IMG/VR virus record: IMGVR_UViG_3300025120_000019
From: a virus
Direction: 5' to 3' (one strand)
DNA: 64,000 nt
Shown here: positions 44,827-52,631 of the stretch, piece after piece
Position numbering within the stretch: position 1 is the first letter of the stretch
Layout of the letters: every line of letters starts with the position of its first letter
Translations under genes and position numbers: made by a program
The notes under the pieces: generated by a model
Seen by the model: the letters and a program-made list of their open reading frames with translations, nothing else
Database searches by the model: none
Told to the model about the DNA's origin: nothing

Positions 44827-45668
44827 TATATTCCCAAGTACTTCTCGTATATTGTAGTTATTCTTTCTGTGACAAAATCATTTTCAGTATAGTGAAATAT
44901 TCCACTTTGTTTATGATTTCCAATTTTTAATTGTAAATCTTCACCTAAATATGTTCCTACTCTATTTTGCCATTTATCAACTACAGATTGATCCCAATTT
45001 TGTACACGTGGTTTCATATGTATAAAACTAGGATATTTTACTCTATTATTTGTAACTTGATTTTCAACATTCATAATTTTAATAGCAATAGATCCTGATA
45101 AATCAATACTGCATTTTCTTTGATATAATCTTCCGCCAGCGTGTTGTCTATAAAATTTTTGCCAGTTATTTGTAATCATTTCTAACCACGTATAATACTC
45201 ATGAGCAAGATCACTTTTTTTAAAATAATGCAATCCAGTATAAATGTTTGGCAAATAATTTGTTGAAAATGTGTTACGATAATAATTATTAGTTACTAGT
45301 TCATTTCTATATGTATAGACTTTGTTTGTAAAAAATAATTCGTAGTTTTTTAAAAAACTAAACCAAGTTGAAATATTCTGCAACACTAGCATATCAGTAT
45401 CCATGACAATAGTTTCATCATATGGTGTAGCATGATAAATTTTCCATCTGTTTTCAATTTTCCAATCCGAGTCTTGTGCATGATCACCCCATGGAATATC
45501 TACAATATCATCAAAAATTTGTTTGTATTTTCCATTAACATTTTCATTTGTAATTAAACAGATTTTTGCATTTTCATTTGTGGTACGAATACTCATAGCA
45601 TTCAAATATGCTTGCTTTACATAATCAGCATTTGAATTTTGTGCTAACATAGTAAAATTATTGCTCAT
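44826..45668 (-). CDS. Glycosyltransferase-like protein (GT8-like, DxD)
   Basis: 'YVKQAYLNAMSI...ICLIT...FDDIV...TPYDETIVMDTD...YTGLHYFKK...FIHMK...FHY'. Confidence 0.7.
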   Translation of the reverse strand: MSNNFTMLAQNSNADYVKQAYLNAMSIRTTNENAKICLITNENVNGKYKQIFDDIVDIPWGDHAQDSDWKIENRWKIYHATPYDETIVMDTDMLVLQNISTWFSFLKNYELFFTNKVYTYRNELVTNNYYRNTFSTNYLPNIYTGLHYFKKSDLAHEYYTWLEMITNNWQKFYRQHAGGRLYQRKCSIDLSGSIAIKIMNVENQVTNNRVKYPSFIHMKPRVQNWDQSVVDKWQNRVGTYLGEDLQLKIGNHKQSGIFHYTENDFVTERITTIYEKYLGI

Positions 45669-46485
45669 TAATTACTCTCTCAAGGCTAAATTTATTCATT
45701 ACGTGTAAATTACTTCCTTTAAACTTAGTCAAAGTATATTCGCCTAATCTATCAGCTTTTTCTAGAAGTACTGTAAATTCATCATCTATAATATTTAAAA
45801 GTATATCTTTATCTATACTATAAAACTTTTTTCCAGGCATAGTGCCAACAAAGCCGCCTTCGATATATCCAGATAATATATGTACTGCTATACTAAAAGA
45901 AAAATCATTTCTATATACAGTATTTTTAAACTGATACACTCCTCTGTAATGCATATAATTATCTTTTATATGTTTTATTAAATTAAAAAATATTTCGTTA
46001 ATTTTATTTTTCTTAAAATAAATTACTGTTGCCCAGTAAAAAGGTATACTAGTGTCACTAATCCTTTTAAATTCTGATGTATTATCATGTATACCCAAAT
46101 GTGTAGCGTCATTATATAATAACAAATCTTTTTGATGATCAAAACAATTTAGCAACTTATCATTTGCAATAATATAATCTGTATCCATAACAATAGTTTG
46201 CTCATAAGGCGTTAAGTCATAACTTAATTCTCTACCAGAATTTTTAAAAGACAATACTCTCTTACCTAAACTTCCATCTCTATATGTTTTTGTATTTTTA
46301 AAAGTTTTTTGATCTAAGTTTATTACAGTATCAAAGTGCTCTTTAAGTTCAGACGTATTAACATCTGTAACTAAACTTACTGGTAAATCTAAATATTTTT
46401 TTATTCTGTTTGCACAAAAAATTGCTTGCTTAATATAGTTTATGCTTTCATTATTAAATGCAAAAAGTAATACACCTTTGCTCAT
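45658..46485 (-). CDS. Glycosyltransferase-like protein (GT8-like, DxD)
   Basis: 'YIKQAIFCANRI...VSLVTD...FDTVI...TPYEQTIVMDTD...WATVIYFKK...RNDFSFS...HVMNK'; paralog of the adjacent gene. Confidence 0.7.
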   Translation of the reverse strand: MSKGVLLFAFNNESINYIKQAIFCANRIKKYLDLPVSLVTDVNTSELKEHFDTVINLDQKTFKNTKTYRDGSLGKRVLSFKNSGRELSYDLTPYEQTIVMDTDYIIANDKLLNCFDHQKDLLLYNDATHLGIHDNTSEFKRISDTSIPFYWATVIYFKKNKINEIFFNLIKHIKDNYMHYRGVYQFKNTVYRNDFSFSIAVHILSGYIEGGFVGTMPGKKFYSIDKDILLNIIDDEFTVLLEKADRLGEYTLTKFKGSNLHVMNKFSLERVINEQ

Positions 46486-46829
46486 AAATCCATTATACCT
46501 TGCACTGATCTATTTTGCTTTAACTTATTGTACTCCATTAAATACTTATTAGAAGCTACAAAATATGTAGAATGAACATTTTTAGTAAATTCTTCTAGAC
46601 TGTCTATTGCAATAGGAATACTATTATCATCAATTAAAACAGATTCTTCTTGCTCCATAGAAAGTAAGCACTGACAAAAACTAATAAGATCTTGTGTTAC
46701 AGTAAATTGTCCACCATTAAAATAATAAATTAAGTTTTCTTTATATTGTTCATTTAATAATCTTTTTTGATTATTTAGAGTAACCATATAATTACTCATA
46801 TCTAATGCTTTTTCAAGACGTTCATCCAT
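46482..46829 (-). CDS. Hypothetical phage protein
   Basis: AGGAGA RBS; 115 aa; first gene of the glycosyltransferase operon. Confidence 0.8.
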   Translation of the reverse strand: MDERLEKALDMSNYMVTLNNQKRLLNEQYKENLIYYFNGGQFTVTQDLISFCQCLLSMEQEESVLIDDNSIPIAIDSLEEFTKNVHSTYFVASNKYLMEYNKLKQNRSVQGIMDL

Positions 46830-46852
46830 AGATTTCTCCTACTTAGAGTTAT

Positions 46853-46881
46853 AGTATATAACAAAAATTTGCAAATGTCAA
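46853..46881 (-). promoter_or_regulatory. Sigma70 promoter heading the glycosyltransferase operon
   Basis: Minus strand TTGACA-17-TATACT. Confidence 0.75.
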
Positions 46882-46895
46882 ATACAAAGTGGATA

Positions 46896-47975
46896 TTATA
46901 ACGAACTATCTACAGTTCCAGTTGGTGCTAATTGCACAATAGCATCAAACGAAGATGCACCTATTACAAAACTACTATTCGGTGTAAAGGTTAATAAATT
47001 ACTAGATACTGTTCCTCCTACCTGTTCATCAACTGGAGCATTTACACCTTCCAACTGACCTCCTGTGCCTGAATCGGCATCATCAAAAACTATTTCAAAA
47101 GTCATTTGACTTGTGCTAGGCAAAACAAGATTTATTTGATATTCGTTGTCATCATATATTTGAGTAACTGGTACAGTTCCTGGAGTACCTCCTGAAACGC
47201 CGCCTCCTTGTTTTGTATAAAGCCTTGTTGGACTATTAAAAAACCCACTACTAGTGGCTGTATTTGTACTAATGCTTCCAATAGTATATGTAGATCCTGT
47301 GCCACCAGATCCTAGTGATTCAGTTTTATAATCCGAACCCATTTTCCAAAAACGAATTTTACCCATTTCTGCTAAAATTCTGTTCCAGTCCCAATCTTTA
47401 CTGTTAGAAGTTCCGGTACTACCCCCGGTTAGACTTGCGTCAAAACGTATTTGTCCACCAGCATTAAAAAATTCATTTCTTTTCGCGGCACTTGCCCAAG
47501 ATACTGTTACTCTGTGTCCAATCCTAGAATTGGCTCCTGTACCCCATGCGGCAGTCCTAGAGCTTGCTACAGATACGCTTCCAGACGTTAACAAGTTTGA
47601 TTCATCAAAGTTAGCAGTTGGAAATTCTGTTGTTGACTCGTTAAAATTAACCACTGAATTTAATAAGTTTGTAAATTTAGTAATATTTGCATATACTATA
47701 ATATCACCAACATCAAAATCAGTTGTTAGAATAGCATTACTTGCAGATGCATTTTGATGTACATATCCTGCTTGTAAGTCTTTAAATAAATTAAATTGCT
47801 GTAGTTGTGTTACTGTATCACTTACTCCAGGTGTTGATCCACCTACTACAGTACTAGCATTCATATTTCTACCATAGCCCAAATCAGCATTGCTTGTACT
47901 AGGGCCTACTATTGTGTTTGTACTATTGAATATATTGTTATAATCACTAGCTGTAATTGGATCGCCGACTGCCAT
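46896..47975 (-). CDS. Virion structural protein (tail-associated)
   Basis: Ser/Thr/Gly-rich; 'FFNAGGQIRF' motif shared with the neighbouring gene. Confidence 0.7.
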   Translation of the reverse strand: MAVGDPITASDYNNIFNSTNTIVGPSTSNADLGYGRNMNASTVVGGSTPGVSDTVTQLQQFNLFKDLQAGYVHQNASASNAILTTDFDVGDIIVYANITKFTNLLNSVVNFNESTTEFPTANFDESNLLTSGSVSVASSRTAAWGTGANSRIGHRVTVSWASAAKRNEFFNAGGQIRFDASLTGGSTGTSNSKDWDWNRILAEMGKIRFWKMGSDYKTESLGSGGTGSTYTIGSISTNTATSSGFFNSPTRLYTKQGGGVSGGTPGTVPVTQIYDDNEYQINLVLPSTSQMTFEIVFDDADSGTGGQLEGVNAPVDEQVGGTVSSNLLTFTPNSSFVIGASSFDAIVQLAPTGTVDSSL

Positions 47976-47983
47976 TTCTACTC

Positions 47984-49168
47984 CTACAATTCAGTCACAC
48001 TAGTAATCGTTGGTGACTCGTTTTGTACATAAGGGCCAGTAGCTCTGTATTCAGTTAAAGTACTATCCAATGTTCCTTCCACTCTTTCGTCTGCTCCTCC
48101 ACTACCAACATCCGAATCGTTAAATTCTAATCTAACTTGTAGTTGTGTAGCATTATTTGATTTTATTTTTATTACATAGTCGTTTTCTGTATACACCGAA
48201 CTTCCAGCTTTAGTATATACGGTTTGGTATGCACTTGTCAAGTCATAATTTCCAATAGCCGATCCAGTTCCGCTTGATAATGTGCTAAAAGTTTCTGTAT
48301 GATTAAATTTTATTGTTCCCATATTAGATAACATAGATTGCCAATTTACAGATTTTTGATAATTTTCAGATGAACCACTAGGTAGGTTTATTAGTGATGC
48401 ACTAAAACGTAATTCTCCGCCAGCATTAAAGAAACCTCTTCGGGCATTTGCTGTTGAAAATGTAACTGTAAATTCGTGGTAAACTGATTGAGGAGTAGCT
48501 GTGCCTCCCCATAATGCTGTGCGTTGACTTGTTGCTTTGACTGCTGGATCTGCTTGTGTAAAATCAACATTAAATTTAGCATTTTCACAAGTTGTAGTTA
48601 ATGACTCATAAGAGTAATAAGATTCTTCACTTATTGTATGTGTAAATTGTCCGCCTGATATATATGATCCAAAAGAAGTACTGCCAATAGGATTTGTAAA
48701 TGGTGTACCTGACGTCCTATCATAATTTTGATATAGCTCAAATGTTGTTGTAGATAATACTTTTGCAAAACCAAATAGTCCATTTAATTGAGTCATTCCA
48801 ACTACACCTGAAATTGTATCTACATAAATTCCATCAATTAATTTATGATCAGTAGCTGTAACTATAGTGACAACATTATTATTACTTGTGTTAATAAAAG
48901 TTCCAGTAGTTAATAATGTAGGTGTAGCGTTATTGTTTACTTGCTTTATAATACCAGTTGGTTCTGATCCATTCTGATGTGTTCTAACTTTAACTAAATC
49001 AGCATATATTTGATTCATTTCAGTTGCAGTAACAATACTTTCGATTGGTACTTGTGAAGATGATACACCTTGATTATAACCTATATTACCTGTACCAACA
49101 CCTAATAAATTACCTACTCTTGCTTGTAGATTATTATAACGTGCGGCTGATATAATCTGATTGGTCAT
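47984..49168 (-). CDS. Virion structural protein (paralog of 46896) with an inserted beta-domain
   Basis: 'FFNAGGELRF'; insert 'TATDHKLIDG...ISGVVGMTQLNG...TFELY...FGSYISGG'. Confidence 0.7.
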   Translation of the reverse strand: MTNQIISAARYNNLQARVGNLLGVGTGNIGYNQGVSSSQVPIESIVTATEMNQIYADLVKVRTHQNGSEPTGIIKQVNNNATPTLLTTGTFINTSNNNVVTIVTATDHKLIDGIYVDTISGVVGMTQLNGLFGFAKVLSTTTFELYQNYDRTSGTPFTNPIGSTSFGSYISGGQFTHTISEESYYSYESLTTTCENAKFNVDFTQADPAVKATSQRTALWGGTATPQSVYHEFTVTFSTANARRGFFNAGGELRFSASLINLPSGSSENYQKSVNWQSMLSNMGTIKFNHTETFSTLSSGTGSAIGNYDLTSAYQTVYTKAGSSVYTENDYVIKIKSNNATQLQVRLEFNDSDVGSGGADERVEGTLDSTLTEYRATGPYVQNESPTITSVTEL

Positions 49169-49184
49169 TCACTTTACCTTTACG

Positions 49185-49192
49185 TACTTATG
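49185..49192 (-). promoter_or_regulatory. Putative late promoter CATAAGTA
   Basis: Minus strand, upstream of the 49168 start. Confidence 0.45.
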
Positions 49193-50699
49193 TTTTTAAT
49201 ACACATTCGATTAATTTTTCTTCTACAGAATCATTAGTTTCTAATGCTACTCCTACTAATGCTGTTGATGCTGTAGTTGTACATACACCATCTTCCCAAG
49301 CATAAACAGGTTGACCTTTTTTGACTGCACCTTTTACTCTGACTGGTAATCTTCCTGCTAAACCTATATACTGTCCTTCTGCTTCGCTATTCATCATAAT
49401 AGCTGGATCTGTTGAGACAACGCCAATACAAATATCGCTTGCTTTTGCAGGACAAACTTCACAATCATCGTCTGGGCATACTGCTATTGCTGTTCCTGGT
49501 TCTAATTCAGATGGTGTTATATATTTTTCTGCTAAGTCAGCATATCTTGCTCTTGATGCAGTTCCAGTAAATACATTTGCTTTTAAATTTCCTGAGCTAT
49601 CTCTTGCGGCAATAGTGTCTGCAGTTGCTTCAACATCACCACTATATGCAGTGGCACTTACCATTAATGCGTTTGCTTGTGTTGCTGTTCCTGTAAATGT
49701 TGTTGCATGAACATTATTCCATTTTTTAGCTGTACTTCCTAATGCATATGTGTTATCAATAAATGGAAAAAATCCTGTTTGTCCACTTGGATTATTTTCT
49801 ATCCTTGCAATTTCAACTAATCCAGTAGCCCCACTATAGGCTTGAAATTTTACTTCGTTACCAATTAAATTTGAAACAGTAGCTTCATTTCCGTTAGTAA
49901 CGTGTAATTGTAAATCTAAACTATCTCCAATTTTGATACCAGCATCGTCGGTTATATCTACTGCTTGTCCTGCGCCTGACGCAGTTATAAAGTTACTAGA
50001 CTCTAGTCCGTTTAATTTTAATGAATTAGATGCAGTTCCCCAAATTACTGGTACTACTGTATCATCATCTGCTGTTGTAACTCCTGTTGAGGGAGTACGT
50101 ATAAGTGTAATACCTTTTTTGACTACTGGAAAATGGCCTGGAATATCAAAAGTTGTAAGTGTTGCAGGTTGTGTATTACTAGGTGTGAAAGATGTATCAC
50201 TTATAACATAAATTGGATTATTATCAACTAATGCAAGTATACATGGCACGCCAACATCAGATGGTGTAGAATTAATATTAGTACTTAGTAGCTGTGTCGT
50301 TCCACTACCAGCACTCTGTGGTCCAACTAGTACAAATTCATTTGCACTTGTCCTTGCAAATAACTGATTAGTGTTACTACTATACCATAAATCGCCCTCA
50401 ACAAGTCCTGATGGTGCTACGGCACTTACTTCTGCGCCGCCTGCTGTTTTCCAAGCACTGCCTGTATAATATTTTAATTTATTAACTGAACTATCAAACC
50501 AAACTTGCCCACTTAATGCTTTGGAAGGACTAGTGGATCCTGCAAAAGATTCAAGTAAGAATAAAAAGTTTTCATTTTGTGCTTCTCCGTATCCACTATA
50601 ATTTTTGCCGATTAATTTCAAATCAGTTGTATTGTCTACAGTACCATCTTCTAATGATAGTAATTGGGTTCCACTAAACCTATTAATTATGTATGCCAT
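49188..50699 (-). CDS. Tail fibre/spike protein with C-terminal intramolecular-chaperone-like domain
   Basis: Shared N-terminal 'LIGKNY.GYGE..NENFL.LLESFA...GQVWFD'; C-terminal 'YADLAEKY...GVVST.PA..MN...LAGRLPVRV.G'. Confidence 0.75.
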   Translation of the reverse strand: MAYIINRFSGTQLLSLEDGTVDNTTDLKLIGKNYSGYGEAQNENFLFLLESFAGSTSPSKALSGQVWFDSSVNKLKYYTGSAWKTAGGAEVSAVAPSGLVEGDLWYSSNTNQLFARTSANEFVLVGPQSAGSGTTQLLSTNINSTPSDVGVPCILALVDNNPIYVISDTSFTPSNTQPATLTTFDIPGHFPVVKKGITLIRTPSTGVTTADDDTVVPVIWGTASNSLKLNGLESSNFITASGAGQAVDITDDAGIKIGDSLDLQLHVTNGNEATVSNLIGNEVKFQAYSGATGLVEIARIENNPSGQTGFFPFIDNTYALGSTAKKWNNVHATTFTGTATQANALMVSATAYSGDVEATADTIAARDSSGNLKANVFTGTASRARYADLAEKYITPSELEPGTAIAVCPDDDCEVCPAKASDICIGVVSTDPAIMMNSEAEGQYIGLAGRLPVRVKGAVKKGQPVYAWEDGVCTTTASTALVGVALETNDSVEEKLIECVLKT

Positions 50700-50724
50700 C
50701 GATGTTCCTCAAGTTTTACTATTG

Positions 50725-50732
50725 TATTTATT
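50725..50732 (-). promoter_or_regulatory. Putative late promoter AATAAATA
   Basis: Minus strand, intergenic, upstream of the GAGG RBS. Confidence 0.5.
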
Positions 50733-50735
50733 TGT

Positions 50736-52631
50736 TTACGGAGTATATACAGTTGTGACTTCATGTGACCAAACCCCCGCTATAACTTTAAACTTCATTG
50801 TATATCTAGTGATATTAAATGTTGTTGATATTGGAACAGCCCCAACACTAACATCTTGTAAGACACTAACGTTTTGTGTACCACCGCTATCTACTGCAAG
50901 AAAGCTTTTGTTTAATTGACTATTAACATCAGCAGTATCTGTTCCTGTAACTGCTGTTGAACTTGCATGAATATTTGCAAGTGTTCCGTTTGGAATAGTT
51001 GATGGATTTGCTAAAGATGTAAGAATGGCTTTTACTTCATTGTTATCTGATGCACTAGTGCTTATAGTAATTGTTAATCCTGTAACGTCTAAACCAAAAA
51101 CTAATGTTTTTGAACCTAGTTCAGTATCAACATATCCTTTTGTTGCAACTGTACTATCTGCATCTTCTGTTAATAATGCATTTTCTGATACTGCTCTTGC
51201 ACTTACTGCCGTTGTAACATTTGTTATTTTTTGCTGTGTAATAAAATTTACCGCTCCTGCGGCATTTATTTCAATACCATTTGTAGCATTTGAAATTCTG
51301 TCACCGTCTATTGTAATATTATCAACAGTAATAGATGATAAACTACCTATGTTTATTAGCCCTGGTGCAGAAGTAACAGTTGAACTAAGTGCAGTTTTAG
51401 TTAATACTGTATCTCCACCTATCATTAATACACCATTGTCATCGTCAATATTGATATTATCTTCTGTGGTCCATGCTTGCTTTGCTACTCTATACGTCCA
51501 TTTGATGCTTCCGCCTTGTGTTTCTATTAAAAGACCTGCATCGTCTACAAAAGCACTTGTGCTATCTAACAACGAACTGTCATCTGGTATTGCAAGCTGA
51601 ATATTTTTATCTGCAACCCTTAATGAAGTTACTGATTCATTAACTACTGTTCCTACCGTTAGGTTGCCTTCAATTCTTAAATCACCTGAGAATCTTCCGT
51701 CTCCGTTAACATCAAGTGTTTTTGATGGTGTAACATTTAATATTCCTAAACGCTTGTTATCTGTGTCCCAATATTGTGCGGCATATGATCCTACACTATC
51801 TTTTAAACTTAATTTATAATTTGAACTTGTAAGGTTGTTTATTTGCTCAACAGTATCTCCGGTTACTTTTATTGTATGATCAGAATCACTACCAAGTATT
51901 AAGCCCAAATCATTGTTAACGTGTAGCTTACCAGCCATTGTATCACCAGCTGAATCTGTAGCACTTACAAAATCATTAATAGTAAATGCTGTTCCAAACT
52001 CATCTGTAATCGCTAATGCTTTATCGGCTATTCCTTCTACAACAAAAGTGCTATATGCACTATTAATATTAATGCCCATGCGTAAGTTTGTAAACCCTGT
52101 TATTTCAACAGCAGGTGTAAAAGTTTCTTTTGCAATAATTAATATTGGTACTCCTGCAACAAATAATTTTAAAATTGTTTTATCTAATGCAAAACTATCT
52201 TTTACTGTTGTAACCTTAAATCCGCTTAATCCTTGTGACTTTGTATATACAGGCCCTACAAGTATCCACTCAGTTCCTGTCCAATAATATAGTTGATCCT
52301 TTGAACTATCTATCCAAATATCACCTTCGATTTTTTCTAAAGGTGCTGTTGTTGATACTACACTATTATCTGTACTTCTAAAAGTTGTTCCGTCATAAAC
52401 TTTCAACCTATTATTTGTGGTATCAAACCACACTTGTCCTTTAATCGGTTTACTTGGGGGAGATACATTTGCAAAGCTTTCTAAAAGCTTGATAAAATTT
52501 TCATTTATAAATTCACCAAATCCTTGATAATTTTTTCCAATAAAAGTTAATTCTGTTGTAGTACTATCAATTTTTCCGTCAATTAATTCTGTAAGTAAAG
52601 TACCATCAGTTTTGTTTAATCTATAACTCAT
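50736..52631 (-). CDS. Tail fibre/baseplate-associated structural protein
   Basis: Same N-terminal domain as its neighbours; 'RLGILNVTPSKTLDVNG' and 'ATKGYVD' fibre motifs. Confidence 0.75.
   Translation of the reverse strand: MSYRLNKTDGTLLTELIDGKIDSTTTELTFIGKNYQGFGEFINENFIKLLESFANVSPPSKPIKGQVWFDTTNNRLKVYDGTTFRSTDNSVVSTTAPLEKIEGDIWIDSSKDQLYYWTGTEWILVGPVYTKSQGLSGFKVTTVKDSFALDKTILKLFVAGVPILIIAKETFTPAVEITGFTNLRMGININSAYSTFVVEGIADKALAITDEFGTAFTINDFVSATDSAGDTMAGKLHVNNDLGLILGSDSDHTIKVTGDTVEQINNLTSSNYKLSLKDSVGSYAAQYWDTDNKRLGILNVTPSKTLDVNGDGRFSGDLRIEGNLTVGTVVNESVTSLRVADKNIQLAIPDDSSLLDSTSAFVDDAGLLIETQGGSIKWTYRVAKQAWTTEDNINIDDDNGVLMIGGDTVLTKTALSSTVTSAPGLINIGSLSSITVDNITIDGDRISNATNGIEINAAGAVNFITQQKITNVTTAVSARAVSENALLTEDADSTVATKGYVDTELGSKTLVFGLDVTGLTITISTSASDNNEVKAILTSLANPSTIPNGTLANIHASSTAVTGTDTADVNSQLNKSFLAVDSGGTQNVSVLQDVSVGAVPISTTFNITRYTMKFKVIAGVWSHEVTTVYTP

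Noticed and set aside
13015-46829. Classical RiPP gene cluster interpretation
   Set aside because: No leader/core precursor, RRE/PqqD, YcaO, LanB/C/M or exporter found, and intergenic gaps are too small to hide precursors. A precursor outside the window cannot be excluded.
13015-46829. Bacterial chromosomal LPS/capsule or cofactor (MoaA/PqqE/NirJ) locus
   Set aside because: Flanked by and interleaved with phage tail genes and late-promoter motifs; no flippase, polymerase, NDP-sugar synthesis or cofactor partner genes. The rSAM proteins share only generic motifs with MoaA/PqqE.
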